Of a stretch of 40,114 bases of DNA, positions 1 to 7,793 are shown piece after piece (position 1 is the first letter of the stretch; each line of letters opens with the position of its first letter). The notes under the pieces were generated by a model. The model searched no databases and was not told the DNA's origin. It worked only from the letters and a program-made list of their open reading frames with translations. This DNA comes from a virus: positions 1 to 40,114 of IMG/VR virus record IMGVR_UViG_3300045988_176320. One strand, given 5' to 3'. A program made the translations under genes and the position numbers.

Positions 1-99
1 AAAAACATCTGAGATAATTTCCGAGAGAAGCAAAATTGTGCTCAATCCCCCAGTATAAGGTTGCGAATTTATAAACTTTCGCAATAGTCTTTCTAGTTC
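1..99. repeat. Terminal direct repeat, copy 1 (identical to 40016-40114); overlap of a circular molecule
   Basis: Read directly. aaaaacatctgagataatttcc...agtctttctagttc occurs at both window ends, 99/99 identical. Confidence 0.95.
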
Positions 100-252
100 C
101 CGAAAATCCTCGTCATTCTTTCTGTATTTGTCCAGAAGCGCGTTGGCTCCTTTCGGAGTTGTAAACTTGTACCCGCCCACGACAAAAATTGAGTTACCAT
201 TTTCGTCTTGCATGGGATATTCTTCTACGTTTATTACTTGTTCCTTAGTCAT
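1..252 (-). CDS. Hypothetical protein, 5' part of a junction-spanning gene (continues 40015 to 39929; 112 aa in total)
   Basis: ATG at 252-250 overlaps the TGA of the upstream gene (ATGA). The frame is still open at base 1 and continues in frame across the circular junction. Confidence 0.5.
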   Translation of the reverse strand, partial: MTKEQVINVEEYPMQDENGNSIFVVGGYKFTTPKGANALLDKYRKNDEDFRELERLLRKFINSQPYTGGLSTILLLSEIISDVF

Positions 253-638
253 CTGTTTTTGTCCTCCTCTTCCATGAAAGGCTCAGCTTTTAAGAGATAA
301 TCTGACACAGAAAAAGAATTATATATAACTGCCATTGTTCTCAAAAATTCGGAGTTCATTTTATCCCTTGCCTTTAATTTCTTGAACTCTTTAAAGAAGT
401 CCTCTAACTCCATGCTTTTGCCTTTACTTTCGCTTTCGCCTGTTTTATCTGCTCTCGTTCTACACCATTCTCTTAGATAAAAATTTAATTGACGTTGAAG
501 AGTATGTATTATATCTTCCTGATATTTTAACCTGCTTTCGTAATGACGCTTTAATCCCGGACTTCTTATTATTAACACAATGTTCAGGACTATCGTAACT
601 GCGAAAACTATGCTTAATGCGATAAAAATTGCTTGCAT
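249..638 (-). CDS. Hypothetical membrane-anchored protein (N-terminal TM helix plus coiled coil)
   Basis: 129-aa ORF with a hydrophobic N-terminus (AIFIALSIVFAVTIVLNIVLII). It is the first gene behind a sigma70-like promoter at 702-731. Confidence 0.55.
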   Translation of the reverse strand: MQAIFIALSIVFAVTIVLNIVLIIRSPGLKRHYESRLKYQEDIIHTLQRQLNFYLREWCRTRADKTGESESKGKSMELEDFFKEFKKLKARDKMNSEFLRTMAVIYNSFSVSDYLLKAEPFMEEEDKNR

Positions 639-701
639 AAATATCTCCTGTAATTTTTACTTTATCAATCAATTTTAATTGATTTCTCCCTCGCTGTGCC
701 T

Positions 702-731
702 ATATTATCACGTTCGTTTTTTCCTTGTCAA
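702..731 (-). promoter_or_regulatory. Sigma70-like promoter, TTGACA-N18-TAATAT, for the 638-to-39603 operon
   Basis: Minus-strand reading: TTGACA (726-731) and TAATAT (702-707). A 7-2-7 dyad ATCAATT-TT-AATTGAT lies at 668-683 in the leader. Confidence 0.5.
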
Positions 732-826
732 GTAATTAGTGCCACTTGTGACACTGTTTTTTTATTTTCTTTTATTTGTTTTTTTGAAACTTAAATTATA
801 ATGTTTCTCAAAAGGCACAAGAGGAG

Positions 827-1231
827 ATGTTTATGGCTTACGGTGAAATAATTAAAAAAATTAGAACTGACAGGAAAATGAGTTTAAGGGCTTTTTCCGA
901 TTTGGTTGACATCAGTTTTGCACATATTCGGCGACTCGAAAACGAATTTTCCAACAAAGGAAAAGAAAAGTTACGTCCGCCGATTGACTTGCTTAAACAA
1001 ATATGCGACAAAACCAATTATCCTTTTCGCCAATTCCTTGAAGAAGCAGGATATATTGCCCCCGTCCCTGCGCCCGAACCGTCCCCTCTCCAACAGATTT
1101 ATGACGCGCTGGACGCAAATCGCAAAGATATTCTTATGCACACCGCAGAATTGTTACTAAATCAAATGGGGGAAGTCACAGAATTTCCCGATAATGATAA
1201 AATTGTTGACAACATTGGGAAAATTAACTGA
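827..1231 (+). CDS. XRE-family HTH transcriptional regulator (candidate prophage repressor); probable start ATG 833
   Basis: HTH pattern IKKIRTDRKMSLRAFSDLVDISFAHIRRLEN. GAGGAG lies 9 nt upstream of ATG 833. It sits directly upstream of the integrase and divergent from the 638 operon. Confidence 0.75.
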   Translation: MFMAYGEIIKKIRTDRKMSLRAFSDLVDISFAHIRRLENEFSNKGKEKLRPPIDLLKQICDKTNYPFRQFLEEAGYIAPVPAPEPSPLQQIYDALDANRKDILMHTAELLLNQMGEVTEFPDNDKIVDNIGKIN

Positions 1232-1272
1232 ATTTATGCTATAATTCCCCACTACACACAGGGGGAAATGTT

Positions 1273-2586
1273 ATGGCATACGTTAAGGATAATTTATTAA
1301 ACGACCTTTATGAAACTGTTTTAAAATTACTCAGCTCGAAAAAAGATTATGACGATTTTATTTATAAGTCGCCGTTTTCGCTCATTGCGCCTGACAGCGA
1401 AATAATTTATAGCGACGACAACCCGTTCCCGCGCAAAATGACCGTTGAGGATTTAATGGAATCGCACGTGCAAGAAGTCGTCGCCGCGCCCGCGCCTGAA
1501 ACTGAGGTTAAAGAAGTTGATAATTTAGAATCTGAAAATGGGCTTTTGGCATTCACCGAAAAGGAGATTATCCAAATGCCTAAAAACATAAGAAAAACAT
1601 TTCGCATTCAGGGCAACGCCGTCCATGTGCGAAAAAGGACTGACGGGAGGTATAAATGTTCCTATGAAATAAGGTACTCCAAAAAACCATACGACAAAAA
1701 CCCCATATCCGTAAGTGCAACGACGTTGGAAGCGGTAAAAGCGCGGTTTATAGAAAAGCTCAACTCTTACATACCACAGAAAACTCCCGCCGCTCCCGTC
1801 ATTCCGTCCACTTTCGAGGGCTTCGCCGTCTATTGGTTTGATAACTTCCACAAAAGAAAAGTTTGCGTTCGCACTTTCGACCATGACATCAAGCTGTACA
1901 AACGCCACGTAAGCAAGCATTTCGGGAAATTTAAAATCAAGGACGTCAACGCTGTCATGCTGCAAACCTTTTTAGACGGCTTTTCCGACCGCCCTAAAAC
2001 GGCAAAAGACTTGTTCAACCTGCTCAATCAGATATTGACCTACGCTTTAAAACACGGCTTGATTAAGCTAAACCCGTTGGGTATGTGCATAATTAACGGC
2101 TACAACCAAAAGCACGGAACGCTAATCACAAAGGCGGAAGAAAAAAGTCTGTTTGACGCGTACAAAGGGACGGCGTGGGAACTGCCGCTTGCTATCGCCT
2201 GCTATTGCGGGCTGCGCCCCAATGAATACACCACCGCCACGATTGACGGCGATTTCATTAAGTCGCAAAACAGCAAGCACGGTAAAAATGGCGAGATTGT
2301 CTATAAGCGCATTCCCATTACGCCCATGCTGCGCCCGTACTTACAGGGCGTTACCGAATTGAAAATGCCTAAGCCGGAGGCGCTCACAAAACGCTTTAAA
2401 GCTGTGCTACCTCACCACAAGCTCTATGATATGCGCACAACCTTTCAAACGCGCTGCACAGAGTGCGGCATAAATGAAACCGCCATAGGGCTTTTCATGG
2501 GCAACTCAATAGGCAAACTCAAAGCGGCGTACACAGATTTTTCGGACGAGTTCCTGCTTAAAGAGGGAGAAAAATTCAGCTACTGA
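1273..2586 (+). CDS. int: Tyrosine recombinase / phage integrase
   Basis: 437 aa. Conserved boxes are visible: CYCGLRPNEY (box I Arg), HHKLYDMRTTFQTRC (H-x-x-R) and KLKAAYTDF (catalytic Tyr). It is adjacent to attP. Confidence 0.9.
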   Translation: MAYVKDNLLNDLYETVLKLLSSKKDYDDFIYKSPFSLIAPDSEIIYSDDNPFPRKMTVEDLMESHVQEVVAAPAPETEVKEVDNLESENGLLAFTEKEIIQMPKNIRKTFRIQGNAVHVRKRTDGRYKCSYEIRYSKKPYDKNPISVSATTLEAVKARFIEKLNSYIPQKTPAAPVIPSTFEGFAVYWFDNFHKRKVCVRTFDHDIKLYKRHVSKHFGKFKIKDVNAVMLQTFLDGFSDRPKTAKDLFNLLNQILTYALKHGLIKLNPLGMCIINGYNQKHGTLITKAEEKSLFDAYKGTAWELPLAIACYCGLRPNEYTTATIDGDFIKSQNSKHGKNGEIVYKRIPITPMLRPYLQGVTELKMPKPEALTKRFKAVLPHHKLYDMRTTFQTRCTECGINETAIGLFMGNSIGKLKAAYTDFSDEFLLKEGEKFSY

Positions 2587-2592
2587 GTGGGC

Positions 2593-2637
2593 TGTACCCC
2601 AAAATTTTGAGGTTGTACCCCAAAAAATACCCCAAAA
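2593..2637 (+). repeat. attP arm-type repeats, left set (3 direct copies of TGTACCCCAAA / TACCCCAAA)
   Basis: Copies at 2593-2604, 2614-2627 and 2628-2637, read directly. Confidence 0.7.
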
Positions 2638-2736
2638 TTTTCCCATTGCTCATCGCTCGTAATACTACATATTGTACTTTACTGTATCGCGGAAACACAA
2701 CATATTGCGGTTTACGCCCCAACACGGGTAATGGGA

Positions 2737-2764
2737 TTGGGTTCGAATCCCACCGTCTCCGCCA
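2737..2764 (+). other. attP core: 3' fragment of a tRNA (T-arm, acceptor 3' strand, discriminator G, CCA), possibly tRNA-Ser-like
   Basis: TTGGGTTCGAATCCCACCGTCTCCGCCA. The T-loop TTCGAAT is present, but no complementary 5' acceptor strand (GGAGACG) lies upstream, so this is not a complete tRNA gene. Confidence 0.7.
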
Positions 2765-2859
2765 AAAATTTGGGGTAAAACGCTAAGTTTTGCCCATTTT
2801 TATTGCTCACCCCCCTATAAAACAGGCGAAAAGCACCCTCTAAAAAGCAAAAAAATCGT

Positions 2860-2892
2860 TGTACCCCAAATGTACCCCAAATGTACCCCAAA
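2860..2892 (+). repeat. attP arm-type repeats, right set (3 tandem copies of TGTACCCCAAA)
   Basis: Copies at 2860-2870, 2871-2881 and 2882-2892. One inverted partial copy, TTTGGGGTA, lies at 2769-2777. Confidence 0.7.
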
Positions 2893-2924
2893 AAATTTTG
2901 ACGTCAAAAACCCGTTTTCAGAGA

Positions 2925-2965
2925 CAAAAAAGAGAACCGCCTGACCGGTAAAAGTCGGGCGGTTC
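2925..2965 (-). terminator. Rho-independent terminator ending the late operon
   Basis: 12-bp stem, GAACCGCCTGAC (2934-2945) with GTCGGGCGGTTC (2954-2965), including one G-U pair. It is followed on the minus strand by UCUUUUUUG. Confidence 0.7.
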
Positions 2966-3007
2966 CGCAGCTCATTCCGCAGCTTGGCAGATGAGAAGAT
3001 TGAGGGA

Positions 3008-3532
3008 CTATTTCAACATTTCGCCTATTTCGCGCACTCTGTCGGCAAGCTCCTTATAGCGGTCGCAAGTGTCGTCGAGGGTTGCCAGCCTGTTTTTAAG
3101 CTCGGCAATCTCCCTGTCTCTTTCCTTGTTCTCGGATACAAGTTCGCGTATGGCGGTTTCAAGCTCGCCCAGCAGTTCGAGTGCGTGAGGGCTTTCAGGG
3201 GCTTCAAAATGCTCCTGCTCGGCTTTTTCATCAACGCCTATTATCCAGTCGCGTGTAGGCGCATTTTCGTTCACAGGCGAAATATCGACCTCTGCGACCG
3301 CTTGTTCGCCCTGCGCGGGCGCGACTGCATTCAGGATTTGGTATTCGCCGTCATTCAGCTTGTATATCCCGCGCTTTTGCGGATTATACCCGAAGTATTC
3401 GCCGTTTATTATTACGGCAAACTTTTCGGCTCCGTTCACTCGCGCCCGACGATAAGCGTTTTCTATTTCCACAAGCGACGGAACTTTTTTAGTGTCGCTG
3501 TATTCAAATATACCGTTTTCAAATTTTTCCAT
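3008..3532 (-). CDS. Hypothetical protein with a C-terminal coiled coil; last gene of the late operon
   Basis: 174-aa ORF. Its start is preceded by AAAGGAGAAAAAA. No domain was recognised. Confidence 0.6.
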   Translation of the reverse strand: MEKFENGIFEYSDTKKVPSLVEIENAYRRARVNGAEKFAVIINGEYFGYNPQKRGIYKLNDGEYQILNAVAPAQGEQAVAEVDISPVNENAPTRDWIIGVDEKAEQEHFEAPESPHALELLGELETAIRELVSENKERDREIAELKNRLATLDDTCDRYKELADRVREIGEMLK

Positions 3533-3546
3533 TTTTTTCTCCTTTG

Positions 3547-4155
3547 TTAAATTTTAAATATTAGTTTTACCAAAAAGACTATGCCCGCAACCACGCCGCC
3601 CGTCAGCCCCACCGACAATATTCCCGTCGTCACTTTCAGGAACGTGGACGCGACTTTTTTGGATATCTGCCCGACGGTGTCGATTACTATCCCGACTATG
3701 AAATTTATTACGGAGACGGGAAAGGATATAAGGATTGAAAAGATGATGTACAGGGGAAGCGCGATTGCGTAAAACACGCACATTGTACGCAGCCCCAACG
3801 GCTCCCGTATCCCTATAATGTTAAGCACCGCCTTGTTTGCGTCGTAAAACGCCTTAGCCTTTAACGCCTTGCTTTGCAGCTCCGTGCTTTCCGCCTCGAA
3901 TATTCTCGACGAGTGTTCGGCGCGTTCATGCTCTTTTTGGAGAACCGCCCGCTGCCTTTCCGATTCCGCTTCTATGCGCCGCGCTTCGGATAACGCAGAC
4001 AGTTCCGCACCCTTTTCTACGACCAACTTGGAGCGCATTTCGTCGTCCTGCAACGCTGCGGCAGTGGTCAGCTCGTTTATTTTGTCCCGTATGGAGTTTT
4101 CGGGCGGCTCGACAATTTCGGGCGGCTCTACGACAGGCAGCAGCTCGTTATTCAT
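3547..4155 (-). CDS. Hypothetical membrane protein (N-terminal coiled coil, C-terminal multi-TM region), lysis-cluster associated
   Basis: 202 aa. The C-terminal part, CVFYAIALPLYIIFSILISFPVSVINFIVGIVI...GGVVAGIVFLVKLIF, is hydrophobic. It overlaps the holin-like gene by 8 nt. Confidence 0.6.
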   Translation of the reverse strand: MNNELLPVVEPPEIVEPPENSIRDKINELTTAAALQDDEMRSKLVVEKGAELSALSEARRIEAESERQRAVLQKEHERAEHSSRIFEAESTELQSKALKAKAFYDANKAVLNIIGIREPLGLRTMCVFYAIALPLYIIFSILISFPVSVINFIVGIVIDTVGQISKKVASTFLKVTTGILSVGLTGGVVAGIVFLVKLIFKI

Positions 4156-4507
4156 TTTCTCCTGTGTTTACTACGTCCTGCGTGCGCTGATTTACTTCTT
4201 TCGTGAGCGTCACAAGCTCCTCGACCTTTTTGCTTATGTAGCTGTCGTCAACGTCTATCCCGTTTTTGACCGCAAAGCTCGTTGCCTGCGCCATAACATA
4301 CGCCTTTTTCTCCGCGCCCGTATAGTTCACGAACTTCTCCGCTTCCTTTATGAACTGCTCTATTACCCCGCTTATTTTCAGGATATTTTCCGCCGTTTTC
4401 TTGCCTTTCGCGCTTTTTATGAACTTCGTCAGAAAGGTCACGGTGGTTATGAGCAAGCCGACCGCCGCGCTCGCTATGGATAAGATTCCTCCTAAATTTT
4501 CCAGCAT
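4148..4507 (-). CDS. Putative holin (LL-H / holin superfamily 6-like architecture)
   Basis: 119 aa with a single N-terminal TM (ILSIASAAVGLLITTVTFL). The soluble tail contains GAEKKAYVMAQATSFAVKNGIDVDD, which resembles LL-H-type holins from memory. Confidence 0.5.
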   Translation of the reverse strand: MLENLGGILSIASAAVGLLITTVTFLTKFIKSAKGKKTAENILKISGVIEQFIKEAEKFVNYTGAEKKAYVMAQATSFAVKNGIDVDDSYISKKVEELVTLTKEVNQRTQDVVNTGENE

Positions 4508-4510
4508 TTT

Positions 4511-4816
4511 TTATTTCTCCTTTTCTTTTGTTTTTTCGTTTTCGTCGTCCTCCGCCACAATGCCCGTAAGCTCGGAATATATTTCTTGGAGCATATTCTG
4601 ATGTTTAAGCTCTTCCGAAATTATTTCGTCTATATCTTCGAGCATTGCCTCTTTGAGTTCCGCGTCAAGCGTTGAGTGTTGAATACACGCTTTTAGGTTG
4701 TTGTACTTGTTTATTGCTTCGCTCTCGGCTGTGACGTTGTACTGTATTTCGTTTGCCACGTTTCGCACCTGCTCGGCAAAGTCCGAGTATTCCCGTTCAA
4801 AATCCAAAACTTCCAT
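4511..4816 (-). CDS. Hypothetical acidic protein
   Basis: 101-aa ORF, D/E-rich, tightly packed between neighbouring genes. Confidence 0.55.
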   Translation of the reverse strand: MEVLDFEREYSDFAEQVRNVANEIQYNVTAESEAINKYNNLKACIQHSTLDAELKEAMLEDIDEIISEELKHQNMLQEIYSELTGIVAEDDENEKTKEKEK

Positions 4817-4828
4817 TTTACCCAGCCT

Positions 4829-5035
4829 TTATCTTTCTCGCGATTTGCCTTCCAATTCGCGAATATCACCATGAATGCGCCTAAATTCCGCTTTTTTCTC
4901 CTCTATATTCGGTATTTCAACGCCAGCCATGACTTGCAGCAAATCCTCGTTAAGAGGTTGCAGCTGCATTTTCAACCGTCTTATATCTCTTCTTCGTTGT
5001 ATTTCTTCTTTGCTTATTAAATACACGTTTGTCAT
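4829..5035 (-). CDS. Hypothetical small protein
   Basis: 68-aa ORF in the operon context. Confidence 0.5.
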   Translation of the reverse strand: MTNVYLISKEEIQRRRDIRRLKMQLQPLNEDLLQVMAGVEIPNIEEKKAEFRRIHGDIRELEGKSRER

Positions 5036-5056
5036 GCTTGTTCTCCTTTATCTTTA

Positions 5057-5809
5057 TTACGAATTGCCCGTATAGAACGCCGCTACGGGGATTGACTCGC
5101 TTCCGTCCAGACGAACATCTCTACTCATATACACCGAGTTCTTGTCCTCTTCAACAAGCCCGATTGTCAAGTAGACGTCCAAACCGTTATCATAAACGAA
5201 CAAGAGGCAATCGTAATCTTTCATGGTTCCGCCGTTTTCAATTGTCGCCTTGCCCTTTATTATTTGCTTCCCGTCGGCTGTTCCGTCTCCGTTATATATT
5301 TTTGAACACAGCTCGGACATATCCATTATTTGATATTCACTGGCATAATCTGTTTGCGTTTTGTAAATATTCACGGACGACGCAAGCAAAATGTCTTTCA
5401 ACTCCGCGTATATGCCGATAAGACTTTCGTCATATCCGTTATTTGTGGTAAAGCTAAAAGAAATAGAGGCGCCGCCGTGATAAGTCGGAATTGAGGCATT
5501 GGGAATCACTGCCCAATAAGAACCTATATTTCCGCCCCCGCTGCCGCTGTCGCCCTTATCCCCTTTATCTCCTTTATCTCCCTTTGCCCCCTTTATGCTG
5601 CCGAATTTGGTTGTCGTATAAGAGGCTGTGGAAATACTTTTAATAAGCAGCAGGTCGCCGTTTGCGTTTACTATAACGTCGCCGACAAGGGGCGAAACGT
5701 CCATGCCCGTCGTTGTCTCGATTGTGAATTTTGAAATAGACGTTGTGCTTGTCGAGGTGGACGCGAAAAAACCGCCCCCCTGAACTCTGCCTAAATTTAC
5801 CGTTGACAT
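5057..5809 (-). CDS. Tail fibre / receptor-binding protein paralogue with a short collagen-like tract
   Basis: The N-terminus STVNLGRVQGG is shared with the 5825-6748 gene. The GXY run is GAKGDKGDKGDKGDSG. Confidence 0.7.
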   Translation of the reverse strand: MSTVNLGRVQGGGFFASTSTSTTSISKFTIETTTGMDVSPLVGDVIVNANGDLLLIKSISTASYTTTKFGSIKGAKGDKGDKGDKGDSGSGGGNIGSYWAVIPNASIPTYHGGASISFSFTTNNGYDESLIGIYAELKDILLASSVNIYKTQTDYASEYQIMDMSELCSKIYNGDGTADGKQIIKGKATIENGGTMKDYDCLLFVYDNGLDVYLTIGLVEEDKNSVYMSRDVRLDGSESIPVAAFYTGNS

Positions 5810-5824
5810 GGCTTGTCCTCCCTG

Positions 5825-6748
5825 TTACTCATACGTGGCGATTAACTCGCCGTCTGCGTTTATTGACAGTGTTGGCGTTTTTCCGTCCTCGCCCGCAGGT
5901 CCCTGAGGTCCCGTCGCTCCTTGCGCTCCTCGCGGTCCCTGTTCCCCCTGCACTCCCTGCTCGCCTTGTTCGCCCTTAGGTCCTTGCGCGCCCGTATCTC
6001 CCTTTGCGCCTTGCGCGCCCGTTGCGCCGCGCGGTATTCCGAAAACGACAACGGGGTTTTCCGCCGTGCCGCTCTGATTCACCGACGCCGCCTGATTTGA
6101 ATCCAACGTAACTGCCGAGACGGTAAACAACGGCGTTGCTCCCGTGTCGCCTTTTGCCCCTTTCAAGCCCGTGAAGGCAAAGGCAAATACTTTTGCCGTA
6201 TCGGGACCGCTTGCAGTTACCGTCACTTGCGGCGTGCCAGTCGTCGAATCTACCGTTGCTGTCGGATTGCCGAAACCTGCGGCAGGTCCGGCAGGTCCCG
6301 TCGCCCCCTGAGGTCCCTCAGGTCCCGTAATACCCTGCGAACCCGAAAGGTCGGTCAGATATTCGTACGCGGTTTCGCCTTTCATGTACAGCTTTGCGTT
6401 GTCCTCGTCCTCTACGTTGCCCGTATCGATAAGCACAAATCCGTAAAGCGGCACGCCGTCCGTCGCAAATCCCGCGTTCATCATCTCTATACTCGGGTAT
6501 GTTTTGGAAATTTTAAAACCCTCGCCCTGCGCTCCGCGCAAATTCCCCCGCAGCTGCCAACTCAGCGTGTCGCCGTTGGACAAATACTGATACACGTTGC
6601 CGTTCTCCGTGTTCAGGTACACATCGAGTTTTATGGGTATGTATCCGGCGGAAGCCAACTCCGCAGATATGGAAACATTGTCGTCCGCCGTTCCCGTGTA
6701 CCACATTGCCCCTTTGACGCGTCCCAAATTGATTGTCGTTGTCGCCAT
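5825..6748 (-). CDS. Collagen-like tail fibre protein
   Basis: Long GXY tracts are present, [15 protein letters not shown] and [49 protein letters not shown]. The N-terminus is [15 protein letters not shown]. Confidence 0.8.
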   Translation of the reverse strand: MATTTINLGRVKGAMWYTGTADDNVSISAELASAGYIPIKLDVYLNTENGNVYQYLSNGDTLSWQLRGNLRGAQGEGFKISKTYPSIEMMNAGFATDGVPLYGFVLIDTGNVEDEDNAKLYMKGETAYEYLTDLSGSQGITGPEGPQGATGPAGPAAGFGNPTATVDSTTGTPQVTVTASGPDTAKVFAFAFTGLKGAKGDTGATPLFTVSAVTLDSNQAASVNQSGTAENPVVVFGIPRGATGAQGAKGDTGAQGPKGEQGEQGVQGEQGPRGAQGATGPQGPAGEDGKTPTLSINADGELIATYE

Positions 6749-6762
6749 TTTTTTCTCTCTCC

Positions 6763-7659
6763 TTAGTATGTAATGGTGATGCGGAGGTAGCCGCTGTCGT
6801 CTATTCCGTATTTCACTTCGTCGCTCGCAGCTCCCGCTTTCACCTCGATTAAGTCTCCGTTCTGAACCGTAAAGCTGTACAGGTCGTCGCCGTCTTCTCC
6901 CCTTTCGCCCTTAGCTCCTTGCTCGCCCTGTTCGCCCTGCTCGCCTCTTATGCTTCCTTTCAGTTGCCACGTCAACGCGCCGTTACTTTCAAGATACTGA
7001 TACACGTTGCCGTTGTCGGCGTTCAGGTATATGTCGAACTCGTCGGGAGTGTAGCCCGCAGCGGAAAGCTCGGCGGCTATGTCGGCGGGGCTGTCAGCCG
7101 CCCCCGTATACCATGTTGACGCGTGTATGGAATTTACCTGTTCTTGCAGGCGGTTTATATCGCCCTCTATTTTCTCTATGTCGCTCGGCTCTACGGGCGG
7201 GTCGCTTTCTAGGTCTGCGCTCGGCATTACTTCCAGCGCAACCGTTTGGCTCGTGATTATGGATATTACCGACTGCTCGTTTGGCGTGGTCGCCCCCTCC
7301 GCCATGTTCACCACGTTTATTACAAGCGTGGGCGCGTTCTCCCCCTGCCCCGCATATACGGTGAACGCCTGCGGCAACAGTCTTTCATACAGCGCATACT
7401 CCGCTCCGTTGTACGTCAGCTTTTTCACATAGCGCAGAAAGTACGAATCGCTCTGCGCTATCTTCCCCGTCCGCTTGGTGTATAGCATTCCGACCTTGAC
7501 CGCCGTAGTTATTGGCGCGTCCGTCTGTTGCGCTATGATTGCGGTGGGCACAAACACGTTAAGCAGCTTGTTCTGATACGCCCCCTGATACAGCGGGAAA
7601 TTTTGCTTTATGTCCGCTGTGCTCCCGCCCTCCGATAAATATATCTTTATTACGTTCAT
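6763..7659 (-). CDS. Tail fibre / virion protein with a collagen-like tract and a module shared with the 5825-6748 gene
   Basis: The C-terminal half, [23 protein letters not shown]...NGNVYQYL...[27 protein letters not shown], parallels the N-terminal part of the next gene. Confidence 0.75.
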   Translation of the reverse strand: MNVIKIYLSEGGSTADIKQNFPLYQGAYQNKLLNVFVPTAIIAQQTDAPITTAVKVGMLYTKRTGKIAQSDSYFLRYVKKLTYNGAEYALYERLLPQAFTVYAGQGENAPTLVINVVNMAEGATTPNEQSVISIITSQTVALEVMPSADLESDPPVEPSDIEKIEGDINRLQEQVNSIHASTWYTGAADSPADIAAELSAAGYTPDEFDIYLNADNGNVYQYLESNGALTWQLKGSIRGEQGEQGEQGAKGERGEDGDDLYSFTVQNGDLIEVKAGAASDEVKYGIDDSGYLRITITY

Positions 7660-7683
7660 TTGGCTAAACCTCGTTTATTCCCT

Positions 7684-7720
7684 CGTTTATTATTATACCT
7701 TCTTCTTCGATTTCTTTCGG
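7684..7720 (-). promoter_or_regulatory. Conserved late-promoter-like motif, copy 3 of 3 (CCGAAAGAAA-N11-GGTATAATAATAAACG)
   Basis: Minus-strand reading: CCGAAAGAAATCGAAGAAGAAGGTATAATAATAAACG, 25 nt upstream of the 7659 start. Confidence 0.6.
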
Positions 7721-7735
7721 CGGAGCGTTTTTCGC

Positions 7736-7766
7736 ATAAAAAAACACGGTCTTTTTTTGACCGTGT
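7736..7766 (-). terminator. Rho-independent terminator after the membrane-protein moron
   Basis: Stem ACACGGTC (7744-7751) with GACCGTGT (7759-7766). A U-run follows on the minus strand. Confidence 0.65.
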
Positions 7767-7793
7767 TCGTGTTTAATATTCTATTCTTGCCGC

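Noticed and set aside
2689-2764. A complete tRNA gene ending at the CCA at 2762-2764.
   Set aside because: Only the T-arm, the 3' acceptor strand and CCA are present. The required 5' acceptor strand (GGAGACG) and the D and anticodon arms cannot be found upstream. It is better explained as the attP core.
3403-3432. A fourth late-promoter copy. It shares the 12-mer CGTTTATTATTA and a TTTTCGG downstream.
   Set aside because: It lies inside the coding sequence of the last late gene. It lacks the TACC that completes TATAAT on the minus strand. The spacing to the TTTCGG element is 8 nt instead of about 21. It is probably a chance or degenerate match.
5535-5590. 9-bp tandem DNA repeats (cccttatc / cctttatct...).
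   Set aside because: They simply encode the collagen-like GDKGDKGDKGDSG tract of the fibre gene.
5057-7659. A diversity-generating retroelement acting on the fibre genes.
   Set aside because: No reverse-transcriptase ORF (no YxDD-type motif) exists anywhere in the genome. No template/variable repeat pair with adenine-specific differences was found. The shared segments are ordinary paralogous modules.
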